Source of the DNA: Alphaproteobacteria bacterium
GTDB taxonomy: Bacteria; Pseudomonadota; Alphaproteobacteria; SHVV01
Reading direction: 5' to 3'
Assembly: GCA_965261735.1 (NCBI GenBank)
Contig: OZ253470.1
Location: 640,001 to 704,000, forward strand
Length of the DNA stretch: 64,000 bases
Shown: in pieces, positions 54,140-64,000 of the stretch
Layout: each line of letters opens with the position of its first letter
Numbering within the stretch: the stretch's first letter is position 1
The notes under the pieces: model-generated
Databases searched by the model: none
What the model was told of the DNA's origin: nothing
What the model saw: only the letters and a program-made list of their open reading frames with translations
Program-made: the position numbers and the translations under genes

Positions 54140-54259
54140 ATGTGCCGGCTGCCGGCGCCGCGGCCGCCAGCCGCGGCAGGCGCCGGACCCTAAGGCGCGA
54201 TTGCGGCGAAATCAAGCCGGCGGCGACCGGGCGCGCCGGCGTGGCACCGCGGCGGCGCC

Positions 54260-54631
54260 CTAGCGCTCCTCGCTGCTCTCCTCGGGGCTCGACTCGAGGG
54301 CGACGGCCACATCGTCCTCGTCCTCGCCGAGTTCCGAGGCATCCTCGATGAGCGCCTCCTCCTTGTCTTCGCTCTCGACCTCCGCGCCGCCTTCTTCGAG
54401 CGCGGCGCCGCCCTCGACCTTGGCCACTTCCTTGACCGCCTTGGCCTTTTCCTTGGCTGGCTTGGGCGGGCTTGGCGCGACCAGGCGCACCTCAGCGGCG
54501 CCCTTGCCCTTGCCGCTCTCGACCCACGGCGCCTCGCATTTCGGGCACACGACGGGTGTTCGACTGAGATCGTAGTAGCGCGCGCCGCAACCCGGGCACT
54601 CGCGCTTGCTTCCCCATTCTGGCTTGATCAC
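54260..54631 (-). CDS. TIGR02300 / FYDLN_acid family protein
   Basis: KPEWGSKRECPGCGARYYDL...CPKC, acidic tail. Confidence 0.88.
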   Translation of the reverse strand: MIKPEWGSKRECPGCGARYYDLSRTPVVCPKCEAPWVESGKGKGAAEVRLVAPSPPKPAKEKAKAVKEVAKVEGGAALEEGGAEVESEDKEEALIEDASELGEDEDDVAVALESSPEESSEER

Positions 54632-54844
54632 GCCTACCCCTCGCCGACAGTAGGTTCGTCGGGATGCCGAGACTTGCGGCGAATCCCAATTGCCATGATC
54701 GCCGGTCGCTGTCAAAGCCTAATCGCGGGCGCCGCGCAAGGTGCCACCGCGTGGCCGGCGGCGCCGCTGGCGAGGCCGGCGCCCGTGTGCTAGACAGGCG
54801 CACCCTGCGGCCCGACCGCGATCCCACCCGAAACCGCGACCGTC

Positions 54845-56170
54845 GTGTCACCCCTCGTTGCCCATCCCGCCGCCCGGCTCTCGGGCAGGGTGCGCGTGCC
54901 GGGCGACAAGTCAATCTCGCACCGCGCCCTCATCCTCGGTGCCCTCGCGGCCGGCGAGACCAGCGTCGAGGGCCTGCTCGAGAGCGACGACGTGGCGCGC
55001 ACGGCGGACGCGCTGCGCGCCTTGGGTGCGGTCATCGAGAAGGGCGGGGACGGCCTTTGGCGCGTCCACGGCTGCGGCGTCGGGGCCCTGCGCGAGCCCG
55101 CGTGCGTGCTCGACCTCGGCAACTCGGGCACAGGCGTACGCCTGCTGATGGGCGTCGCCGCGAGCCACGCGTTCACCTCGTTCTTCACCGGCGACGCCTC
55201 GCTCGCCGCGCGGCCGATGCAGCGGGTTGCGGCCCCGCTCGAGATGATGGGCGCGCGTATCATCGCGCGCGAGGGCTGCCGGCTGCCGCTCGCCGTCGTC
55301 GGCGCGCCCGAGCCGATGCCGATCAGCTACACCCTGCCCGTCCCGTCGGCCCAGGCAAAGTCGGCTATCCTGCTCGCCGCGCTCAACGCGCCGGGCACCA
55401 CCACCGTGACCGAACCCGCGCCCACGCGCGATCATACCGAGCGCATGCTTAAGCACTTCGGCGCCGAGGTCGAGGTCGTCGGCGACGGCAGCACGGCGAT
55501 CGCGCTCCGCGGACAGCCCGAGCTCGAGCCGCGCGCGCTCGCCATACCCGGCGATCCCTCCTCGGCCGCGTTTGCCGCCGTGGCCGCGCTGGCGGTGTCG
55601 GGTTCGGCCGTCACCATCGCCGGCGTCGGCGTTAATCCCCACCGCATCGGCCTCTATGATTGCCTGCGCGAGATGGGTGGTGACATCACGCTGGCGCCGC
55701 GCCCACCCCTCGGCGGCGAGGAGACGGCCGACTTGACAATCCGTGGCGGCCCGCTCGAGGCCATCGAGGTTCCGGCGGCGCGGGCACCCTCGATGATCGA
55801 TGAATTCCCCGTTCTCGCGGTCGCGGCCGCCTGCGCCAAGGGCACGAGCGTCCTGCGCGGGCTCGGCGAGTTGCGCGTCAAGGAGAGCGATCGCCTCACC
55901 GCCATCGCCGATGGTCTCGCGCGCAGCGGCGTCGACGTCGAGCAGAGCGGTGACGACCTAATCATCCACGGCGTCGGCGGGCGGCCCGCCGGAGGCGCCA
56001 CGATCGCCTCGCACCTCGATCACCGCATCGCCATGGCGTTTCTCGTTCTCGGCCTGATCGCGCGCGCCCCCGTCGCGGTCGACGACGCCGCGACGATCGC
56101 CACCAGCTTCCCCGGGTTCGCTCGGCTCTTCGCGGCCATCGGCGCGGATATGGCGCCGCCGCCGCCATGA
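54845..56170 (+). CDS. aroA: 3-phosphoshikimate 1-carboxyvinyltransferase
   Basis: PGDKSISHR, GNSGT, RDHTERML, RVKESDR, DHRIAM. Confidence 0.97.
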   Translation: MSPLVAHPAARLSGRVRVPGDKSISHRALILGALAAGETSVEGLLESDDVARTADALRALGAVIEKGGDGLWRVHGCGVGALREPACVLDLGNSGTGVRLLMGVAASHAFTSFFTGDASLAARPMQRVAAPLEMMGARIIAREGCRLPLAVVGAPEPMPISYTLPVPSAQAKSAILLAALNAPGTTTVTEPAPTRDHTERMLKHFGAEVEVVGDGSTAIALRGQPELEPRALAIPGDPSSAAFAAVAALAVSGSAVTIAGVGVNPHRIGLYDCLREMGGDITLAPRPPLGGEETADLTIRGGPLEAIEVPAARAPSMIDEFPVLAVAAACAKGTSVLRGLGELRVKESDRLTAIADGLARSGVDVEQSGDDLIIHGVGGRPAGGATIASHLDHRIAMAFLVLGLIARAPVAVDDAATIATSFPGFARLFAAIGADMAPPPP

Positions 56171-56802
56171 TTATCGCGATCGACGGTCCGGCGGCTGCCG
56201 GCAAGGGCACGCTGGCCGCCAAGCTCGCCACCCACTTCAGATTGGCCCATCTCGACAGTGGGGCGCTCTACCGCGCGGTGGCGCTGCGGTTGCGCCGCGC
56301 GGGCGGCGATCCCGCCGATGTCGAGTCCGCCGTCCGTGCGGCACAGGGGCTGACGGCCGAGGACCTCGCCGATCCCGAGTTGCGCACCCAGCGCGTGGGT
56401 CAGGCCGCCTCCGTCGTCGCCGCGATCCCCGACGTCCGGCGCGTGCTGATTGATTTCCAGCGCCGCTTCGCCGCACACCCCCCCGGCGACGTCAAGGGCG
56501 CGGTGATCGACGGGCGCGATATCGGTACCGTCGTATGCCCCGACGCCGACGCGAAGCTGTTCGTGACGGCGAGCGTCGAGGAGCGCGTCCGCCGCAGGCA
56601 AAGCGAGCTAACGGGCCGCGGCGTCGAGGTCTCCGAGGCGGCGGTGCGCGAGGAGCTCGCGCTGCGCGACGCGCGTGACCGCGAGCGCAGCGTGGCCCCG
56701 CTGCGCCGCGCCGACGATGCCCACTTGCTAGACACCACGAATTTGTCTATAGACAGCGCCTTTACGGACGCTAAGGCCTTTATCGTCGGGCGTCTGAGGT
56801 AA
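56167..56802 (+). CDS. cmk: Cytidylate kinase
   Basis: IAIDGPAAAGKGT, DSGALYR, DGRDIGT. Confidence 0.97.
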   Translation: MIIAIDGPAAAGKGTLAAKLATHFRLAHLDSGALYRAVALRLRRAGGDPADVESAVRAAQGLTAEDLADPELRTQRVGQAASVVAAIPDVRRVLIDFQRRFAAHPPGDVKGAVIDGRDIGTVVCPDADAKLFVTASVEERVRRRQSELTGRGVEVSEAAVREELALRDARDRERSVAPLRRADDAHLLDTTNLSIDSAFTDAKAFIVGRLR

Positions 56803-56907
56803 TCCCGTGACGGTCGGGCCGGCGCCATGGGCGGCCGGTACCATGGCGCCTTGCATCGACGGGGTCCAGCCCCTAGCCTTTCGCAAATGGGTTGATGAGG
56901 AGTCCGC

Positions 56908-58920
56908 ATGAGCGCAGAGACCGACACCGATACCGCGCCCCTCGCCGAGAGCTTCGCGGCGCTTCTGGAGGAGACCTACGGCACCGGCGACAATCTCGAA
57001 GGGACCGTGATTCCGGGCACCGTCATCGCCATCGAGGGCGATGCGGCGCTGATCGACGTCGGCCTCAAGTCCGAGGGCCGCGTGCCGCTGAAGGAGTTCG
57101 CGACGCCAGGCCAGCCGGCGGAGATCAAGGTCGGAGACACCGTCGAGGTCTATCTCGAGCGCATGGAAAACCGCGCCGGCGAAGCGGCGCTGAGCCGCGA
57201 CAAGGCGCGCCGCGAGGAGGCGTGGACGGTCCTCGAGGCGGCCTTCGAGAAGAACGAGAAAGTCTCCGGTAACATCTTCGGCCGCGTCAAGGGCGGCTTC
57301 ACCGTCGACCTGTCGGGCGCCGTCGCCTTCCTCCCGGGGAGCCAGGTCGATGTGCGGCCGGTGCGCGACATCGGCCCCCTGATGGGGACACCTCAGCCGT
57401 TCCAGATCCTCAAGATGGACCGCAGGCGCGGCAATATCGTCGTTTCGCGCCGCGCCGTGCTCGAGGAAACCCGCGCCGAGCAGCGCTCGGGCCTCGTGGC
57501 CAGCCTCAAGGAGGGGCAGGTGATCGACGGCGTGGTCAAGAACATCACCGACTACGGCGCCTTCGTCGACCTCGGTGGCATCGACGGACTGCTGCACGTC
57601 ACCGACATGGCGTGGCGGCGCGTCAACCATCCAAGTGAGGTGCTGAACATCGGCCAGACGGTCAAGGTGCAGCTCATCCGCGTCAACCCCGAAACCCAGC
57701 GCATCTCCCTCGGCATGAAGCAGCTCGAGCAGGATCCGTGGGAGAACGTCGTCATCAACTACCCCGTCCGCGTCAAGCTCAAGGGCAGGGTCACCAACAT
57801 CACCGACTACGGCGCCTTCGTCGAGCTCGAACCCGGGGTCGAGGGTCTCGTGCACATATCCGAGATGAGCTGGACCAAGAAGAACACGCCACCGGGCAAG
57901 ATCATCTCGACGAGCCAAGAGGTCGAGGTCATGGTGCTCGAGGTCGATCCCGTGAAGCGGCGGGTCAGCCTCAGCCTCAAGCAGTGCCTGGACAATCCGT
58001 GGCAGGCCTTTGTCGATGGCCACGAGCCCGGCAGCCTTGTCGAGGGCGAGGTCAAGAGCATTACCGAGTTCGGCCTGTTCATCGGCGTCGACGCGGGCGT
58101 CGACGGCATGGTGCACATGTCCGACATCGACTGGGTCAAGCCAGGCGACGAGGCGATCGCCGCCTACAACAAGGGCGACGTGGTCAAGGCCAAGGTGCTC
58201 GATGTCGACGTCGCCAAGGAACGCATCAGCCTTGGCATCAAGCAGCTGACCGACGATCCCTATGAGGCGGTCGGCAAGCTCAAGCGGGGCAACACGGTTA
58301 CCTGCACCGTGGCCGCCGTCCGTGACAGCGGCATCGACGTCACCGTCGGCGACATGGTCGGCTTTATTCGCCGCGCCGACCTGGCACGCGACCGCTCGGA
58401 GCAACGGCCCGATCGCTTCGCGGTCGGCGACAAGGTCGACGCCAAGATCAGTGCCATGGACCGTGACTCGCGCAAGTTCACGCTGTCGATCAAAGCCCTC
58501 GAAATCGCCGACGAGAAGCAGGCGATGGAGCAATACGGCTCGAGCGATAGCGGCGCGAGCCTAGGCGACATCCTCGGCGCGGCGATGGACCGAACGCGGC
58601 TCAAGCAGCAGGAAGAGGAAGCCGAGGGCGCGGCCAAGGCGAGCGCCGAGGCGCCCGAGGACGGCGCCACCGAAGCGAGCGCGGAGTCACCCGAGGAGGA
58701 AGCCGCCGAGGCGAACGCGGAGTCACCCGAGGAAGGCACCACCGAGGCGAGCGCGGGGGCACCCGAGGAGGGCGCCACCGAGGCGAGCGCCGAGGCAACG
58801 GAGGAGGGCGCCGCCGAAGCGCCAGCCGAGGCGGCCGCCGAAGACGAGAACAAGGCCGAGGCCGAAGCGCCCGCGGAAGACGAGAGCAAGGCCGAGGCGC
58901 CGGCCGACAAGCCGACGTAA
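56908..58920 (+). CDS. rpsA: 30S ribosomal protein S1 with acidic repetitive tail
   Basis: Six S1 repeats (NITDYGAFVDL...), GASLGDIL. Confidence 0.98.
   Translation: MSAETDTDTAPLAESFAALLEETYGTGDNLEGTVIPGTVIAIEGDAALIDVGLKSEGRVPLKEFATPGQPAEIKVGDTVEVYLERMENRAGEAALSRDKARREEAWTVLEAAFEKNEKVSGNIFGRVKGGFTVDLSGAVAFLPGSQVDVRPVRDIGPLMGTPQPFQILKMDRRRGNIVVSRRAVLEETRAEQRSGLVASLKEGQVIDGVVKNITDYGAFVDLGGIDGLLHVTDMAWRRVNHPSEVLNIGQTVKVQLIRVNPETQRISLGMKQLEQDPWENVVINYPVRVKLKGRVTNITDYGAFVELEPGVEGLVHISEMSWTKKNTPPGKIISTSQEVEVMVLEVDPVKRRVSLSLKQCLDNPWQAFVDGHEPGSLVEGEVKSITEFGLFIGVDAGVDGMVHMSDIDWVKPGDEAIAAYNKGDVVKAKVLDVDVAKERISLGIKQLTDDPYEAVGKLKRGNTVTCTVAAVRDSGIDVTVGDMVGFIRRADLARDRSEQRPDRFAVGDKVDAKISAMDRDSRKFTLSIKALEIADEKQAMEQYGSSDSGASLGDILGAAMDRTRLKQQEEEAEGAAKASAEAPEDGATEASAESPEEEAAEANAESPEEGTTEASAGAPEEGATEASAEATEEGAAEAPAEAAAEDENKAEAEAPAEDESKAEAPADKPT
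58636..58851 (+). repeat. 36-bp (12-aa) tandem repeat, about 6 degenerate units
   Basis: KASAEAPEDGAT/EASAESPEEEAA/EANAESPEEGTT/EASAGAPEEGAT/EASAEATEEGAA/EAPAEAAAEDEN. Confidence 0.85.
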
Positions 58921-58975
58921 GATCGCGGCTGATCGCACCCTCACTGCGAGCGCCCCGATTCGCATCGGCTAGCGC

Positions 58976-59881
58976 ATGGCGCTCGACGCTGACCACCTTC
59001 TCGACCGCCGCCGCCTCAAGCGGCGCCTCACCTTGTGGCGCGCCCTCGCGATCATCGGTGCCCTGGCTCTGATCGCGGTTTTGTTCGCCGACCGGCTGTC
59101 TGGGTATGTGGCCGGGCCGCACGTCGCGCGCCTTGCCATCCACGGACTCATTATCGACGACCGAGAGCGCATCGCGGCCCTTAGGCGCCTGGCCGAGGAT
59201 AACCGGGCGCGCGCGCTGATCATCCGGCTCGACAGCCCCGGTGGCACGACGCAGGGGGCGGAGGAGCTGTATCTGGCGCTACGCGAGGTCGCGGAACGCA
59301 AGCCGGTAGTTGCCGTGATCGGCGCGTTCGGCGCCTCCGCCGCCTACCTCGCGGCGCTCGCCGCCGACCATATCGTCGCCCGCACGACCTCGCTGACGGG
59401 ATCGATCGGCGTGCTCGTGGAAACCGCCGAGTTCTCGGGCTTGCTCGATTCTTTCGGGATCACGACCGACACCGTGAAGAGCGGCGCGTTGAAGAGCGAG
59501 CCGTCGCCGCTGCGCCCGATGAGCGAAGAGGGCCGCGCCGTCCTGGCGGCCGTGGTCGAGGATAGCTACCAGTGGTTTGTCGCCTTGGTCGCGGAGCGCC
59601 GCCACCTCGATCGCGCGGACGCCCTGGCCTTAGCCGACGGCCGCATCTTCACCGGGCGCCAGGCGCTCGCCGCCGGGCTCCTCGATGCTCTTGGCGGCGA
59701 GGCCGAGGCGCGCGATTGGCTCGCCGAAACGAGCGGCGTCAGCCTCGGAATACCGACGCGGGACATCGCGATCGAACGCCGCGAGGGCCTCTGGCGCCTG
59801 CTCCGCTCGGCCGGAAAAACATTGCTGTCAGAACGACTTACGCTTGACGGCCTGGTTTCGGTCTGGCAACCTCCTCGGTGA
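58976..59881 (+). CDS. sppA: Signal peptide peptidase SppA (S49)
   Basis: LDSPGG, ASAAY, TGSIGV, DGRIFTGRQA. Confidence 0.93.
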   Translation: MALDADHLLDRRRLKRRLTLWRALAIIGALALIAVLFADRLSGYVAGPHVARLAIHGLIIDDRERIAALRRLAEDNRARALIIRLDSPGGTTQGAEELYLALREVAERKPVVAVIGAFGASAAYLAALAADHIVARTTSLTGSIGVLVETAEFSGLLDSFGITTDTVKSGALKSEPSPLRPMSEEGRAVLAAVVEDSYQWFVALVAERRHLDRADALALADGRIFTGRQALAAGLLDALGGEAEARDWLAETSGVSLGIPTRDIAIERREGLWRLLRSAGKTLLSERLTLDGLVSVWQPPR

Positions 59882-59960
59882 AGCGCGGCAGGGCGGCGGG
59901 AGTGCCGGCAACGGCCGCCGCGCTACCGCCGATTGAAGCGGAGCACTGCGAGTACGGCAG

Positions 59961-60260
59961 ATGGTGAAGTCGGAGCTCATCGTTCGGTTAGCGGAACGCA
60001 ACCCGCACCTGTTCCAGCGCGATATCGAGCGCATCGTGACGACGATTTTCGATGAGATTTCGGCCGCGTTGGCGCACGGCCAGCGCGTCGAGCTACGCGG
60101 GTTCGGGGCTTTCTCGGTCAAGCAGCGCCCGGCCCGGATCGCACGCAATCCGCGCACCGGAACGCCGGTCGAGGTTGCCGAGAAGTACGTACCCTTTTTC
60201 AAGACCGGCAAGGAACTGCGCGAGCGCCTCAACGCCGCCGCCCCGACCGGCAGCCCATAG
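59961..60260 (+). CDS. ihfB: Integration host factor beta subunit
   Basis: [37 protein letters not shown]. Confidence 0.97.
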   Translation: MVKSELIVRLAERNPHLFQRDIERIVTTIFDEISAALAHGQRVELRGFGAFSVKQRPARIARNPRTGTPVEVAEKYVPFFKTGKELRERLNAAAPTGSP

Positions 60261-60322
60261 CCCGCTCTTGAGCGGCGGGCCGGCGCGTTCGCAGCTGCCG
60301 GACGCCCGTGGAGCCAAGCGAC

Positions 60323-60739
60323 ATGCGTTCGACCGCCGCGAAACTCTTTCGCTGGGTCCTCTTCATCATCGTTGCGGCAGCCGCGGCGTTGTTCGCCGTC
60401 GCCAATCGCGAGGCGGTGGTGGTGAGCTTCGACCCGCTGCCCTATTCGGTCGAGCCGCCGCTGTATCTCGCGATCTTCGCCATGGTGGTCGCCGGCGGGC
60501 TCATCGGCGCGCTCGTTACTTGGCTTTCGGGCCACCGGGCGAGGCGTGAGCTCGCGCGCGCACGCCGTCGCCTGACGGCGATGGAAAATGAACTCCACGG
60601 TGTGCGCGCGCAGCTCGCCGAGCCGGCCGAACCGGCCGCGCCCGCAGTGCTCGAGGACGTCGCCCAACGGCCGGCGCCCGCGCCGGCGCGCCCGCCACCG
60701 CCGACGGTACCGACGGCGGGCAGGTCGGAGGACGAGTGA
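60323..60739 (+). CDS. lapA: LapA / DUF1049 family membrane protein
   Basis: FAVANREAVVVSFDP, two TM segments, coiled coil; conserved position after ihfB. Confidence 0.75.
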   Translation: MRSTAAKLFRWVLFIIVAAAAALFAVANREAVVVSFDPLPYSVEPPLYLAIFAMVVAGGLIGALVTWLSGHRARRELARARRRLTAMENELHGVRAQLAEPAEPAAPAVLEDVAQRPAPAPARPPPPTVPTAGRSEDE

Positions 60740-60800
60740 GACTTGCGGTCGTCGGCGCCGGCATCATGGGCCTGTCGATGGCGTGGGCTCATCCGCTTTC
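60736..60800 (+). pseudogene. N-terminal relic of an FAD-dependent oxidoreductase
   Basis: GTG overlapping the lapA stop: MRLAVVGAGIMGLSMAWA (GxGxxG), then no continuation. Confidence 0.5.
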
Positions 60801-60919
60801 CCTACGGCGCCGAAGAGGGCTACTGCCGGACGGTGGCGAACGCCTTTGCCGCGATTCGCGCTATAACGGCGGCCATTGGCGGCGCGCGCCAAGGGATGAA
60901 GGGCGGCGGTGACTGACCG

Positions 60920-61564
60920 ATGACGGTCTCGGCGAAGATATGCGGCATCAACGCGCCGGCGGCGATGAACGCGGCCGTGGCCGGCGGCGCGGCCTATGTC
61001 GGGCTCGTGTTCTACCCGCCCTCGCCGCGCTACGTGACACCGGCCGAAGCCGCCGCCTTGGCCGCCCTGGGCGGCGCGGCGTTGCGCGTCGGCCTCTTCG
61101 TCGATGCCGACGACGATCTCCTGGCCACCGTGCTCGACGCCGTCGCGCTCGACTTGCTGCAGCTGCACGGCGGCGAGACGCCGGAACGCGTAGCCGAGGT
61201 GCGCGCGCGCCACGACATCGCGGTGATGAAAACGATCAGCGTTGCCGGCGAGGCCGACATCGCCCGCGCCCACGACTACGAGCACACGGCAGATCGCCTG
61301 CTGTTCGACGCCAAGCCGCCCGCGGACATGGCCCATGCGCTTCCGGGGGGCAATGCGCTAAGCTTCGACTGGCGGCTCCTCGGCGGGCGCGCGTGGGCCT
61401 GCCCGTGGATGCTGTCGGGTGGTCTCGACGCCGACAACGTCGCGGAGGCGGTGCGTATCAGCGGCGCGCCCGCGGTCGATGTATCCTCGGGCGTCGAGGA
61501 CGCGCCCGGCCACAAGAGCCCGGAGCGCATCGCCCGCTTCCTTGAAGCCGTCGGCCGTATCTAG
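60920..61564 (+). CDS. trpF: Phosphoribosylanthranilate isomerase
   Basis: [29 protein letters not shown]. Confidence 0.96.
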   Translation: MTVSAKICGINAPAAMNAAVAGGAAYVGLVFYPPSPRYVTPAEAAALAALGGAALRVGLFVDADDDLLATVLDAVALDLLQLHGGETPERVAEVRARHDIAVMKTISVAGEADIARAHDYEHTADRLLFDAKPPADMAHALPGGNALSFDWRLLGGRAWACPWMLSGGLDADNVAEAVRISGAPAVDVSSGVEDAPGHKSPERIARFLEAVGRI

Positions 61565-61580
61565 CAGGAGTTTCTTCGTC

Positions 61581-62788
<1,208 letters not shown>

Positions 62789-62792
<4 letters not shown>

Positions 62793-63676
62793 GCGCGCCG
62801 AGCCGAATCGACGCCCGCTTCGCCGAGCTGCGCGCGGCGGACCGCGCCGGCTTCGTCGCCTTCGTCACTGCCGGCGACCCGGAGCCTGCGGCCGCGCTCG
62901 ACATCCTGCGCGGCCTGCCCGGCGCCGGCGCCGACCTGATCGAGGTCGGCATGCCGTTCACCGACCCGATGGCCGATGGCCCGGCCATCCAGGCGGCGAG
63001 CCTGCGCGCCCTTCGCGCGGGCGCCACGATGCGCGGCACGCTCGACCTAGTGCGCGCCTTCCGGCGCGAGGACGAGGCGACGCCGCTCGTGCTGATGGGC
63101 TACTTCAACCCGATCTTCGTCTACGGCGCCGAGGCGTTCGCGCGTGACGCGGCCGCGGCCGGGGCCGACGGCCTGATCGTCGTCGACTTGCCACCGGAGG
63201 AGGATGCGGAGCTGCGCCCGCACGCGGCCCACGCGGGCTTGCGCTGCGTCCGCCTCGTTACGCCAACGACGGACGAGCAGCGCCTGCCGACCGTGCTCAA
63301 AGCCGCCGAGGGCTTCGTCTATTACGTGTCGATTACCGGTATCACCGGCGCCGCAAGCGCTAACGCCGAAGCCATCGCCCCGGCGCTCGCCCGGCTGCGC
63401 CGGCACACCGAGCTGCCGGTCGCTGTCGGCTTCGGCATCCGGACATCGGCGCAAGCCGAGGCGGTCGCCCGAATCGCCGACGCCGCCGTCGTGGGATCGG
63501 CCCTGGTTAACCGTATCGCCGAGCGCGTGTCGGCTGCGGAGGGCCGAGCCGGCCTTGTCGAGCACGTGCTGTCGCTCGCGCGCGAGCTCGCCGATAGCGT
63601 TCACGCCGCGCGTGACGCGGCGGCCGCACCGGTCGCACCGGTCGCGGCTAATGGCCCGGCAGGATCTCGCGGCTGA
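62789..63676 (+). CDS. trpA: Tryptophan synthase alpha chain
   Basis: ATG overlapping the trpB stop; [30 protein letters not shown]. Confidence 0.97.
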
Positions 63677-64000
63677 GCACGAGCGCCGTCCTCGACCGTC
63701 TCGTCCAGCTTCACCCCAAGCTGATCGACCTGTCGCTCGGCCGCATGGAGCGGCTGCTGGCGGCGCTTGGCCATCCCGAGCGACGCCTCGCCCCCGTCGT
63801 CCATGTCGCCGGGACCAACGGCAAGGGCTCGGTGATCGCCTATCTCGGCGCCGTGCTACGCGCCGCGGGCTACCGCGTCCAGGCCTATACCTCGCCGCAC
63901 CTGCAGCGCTTCAACGAGCGTATCCGACTCGTCGGCGGCGACATCGACTCGCGCCCCCTGGTCGCCCTGCTCGAAGAGTGCGAGGCCGCCAATGCTGGCC
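63673..64000 (+). CDS. folC: Folylpolyglutamate synthase/dihydrofolate synthase (partial)
   Basis: [34 protein letters not shown]. Confidence 0.93.
   Translation, partial: MSTSAVLDRLVQLHPKLIDLSLGRMERLLAALGHPERRLAPVVHVAGTNGKGSVIAYLGAVLRAAGYRVQAYTSPHLQRFNERIRLVGGDIDSRPLVALLEECEAANAG

Overview
GC-rich alphaproteobacterial (Rhodospirillales-like) chromosome segment. The right ~10 kb (54064-64000) is core genome: tRNA-Ala(GGC), TIGR02300, aroA-cmk-rpsA-sppA-ihfB-lapA-trpF-trpB-trpA-folC. To its left is a heavily decayed, IS-saturated genomic island that begins with a truncated P4-type tyrosine integrase next to the tRNA 3' end. The island holds seven whole or partial copies of one IS1595 (ISSod11-type ends), two different IS256 elements (two copies each), IS21, IS5, IS1380, IS66 and ISKra4-like remnants, an ISL3-derived MITE and a group II intron RT fragment. 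It also carries defence-gene relics (CBASS CD-NTase AGS-C tail, ABC-3C/Lamassu-like ATPase, MTase-HNH fusion, DUF4338), an intact Schlafen/AlbA_2 gene and two uncharacterised catabolic clusters. The strongest signal is two intact IS110-family (IS1111-group) elements plus an orphan third end. Their 3' non-coding regions share one scaffold whose variable loop segments spell out each element's own donor junction and insertion target, i.e. readable bridge/seekRNA guides. One guide is programmed against IS21 terminal repeats and the other element landed in umuD. All alignments were done by eye and no database searches were run.
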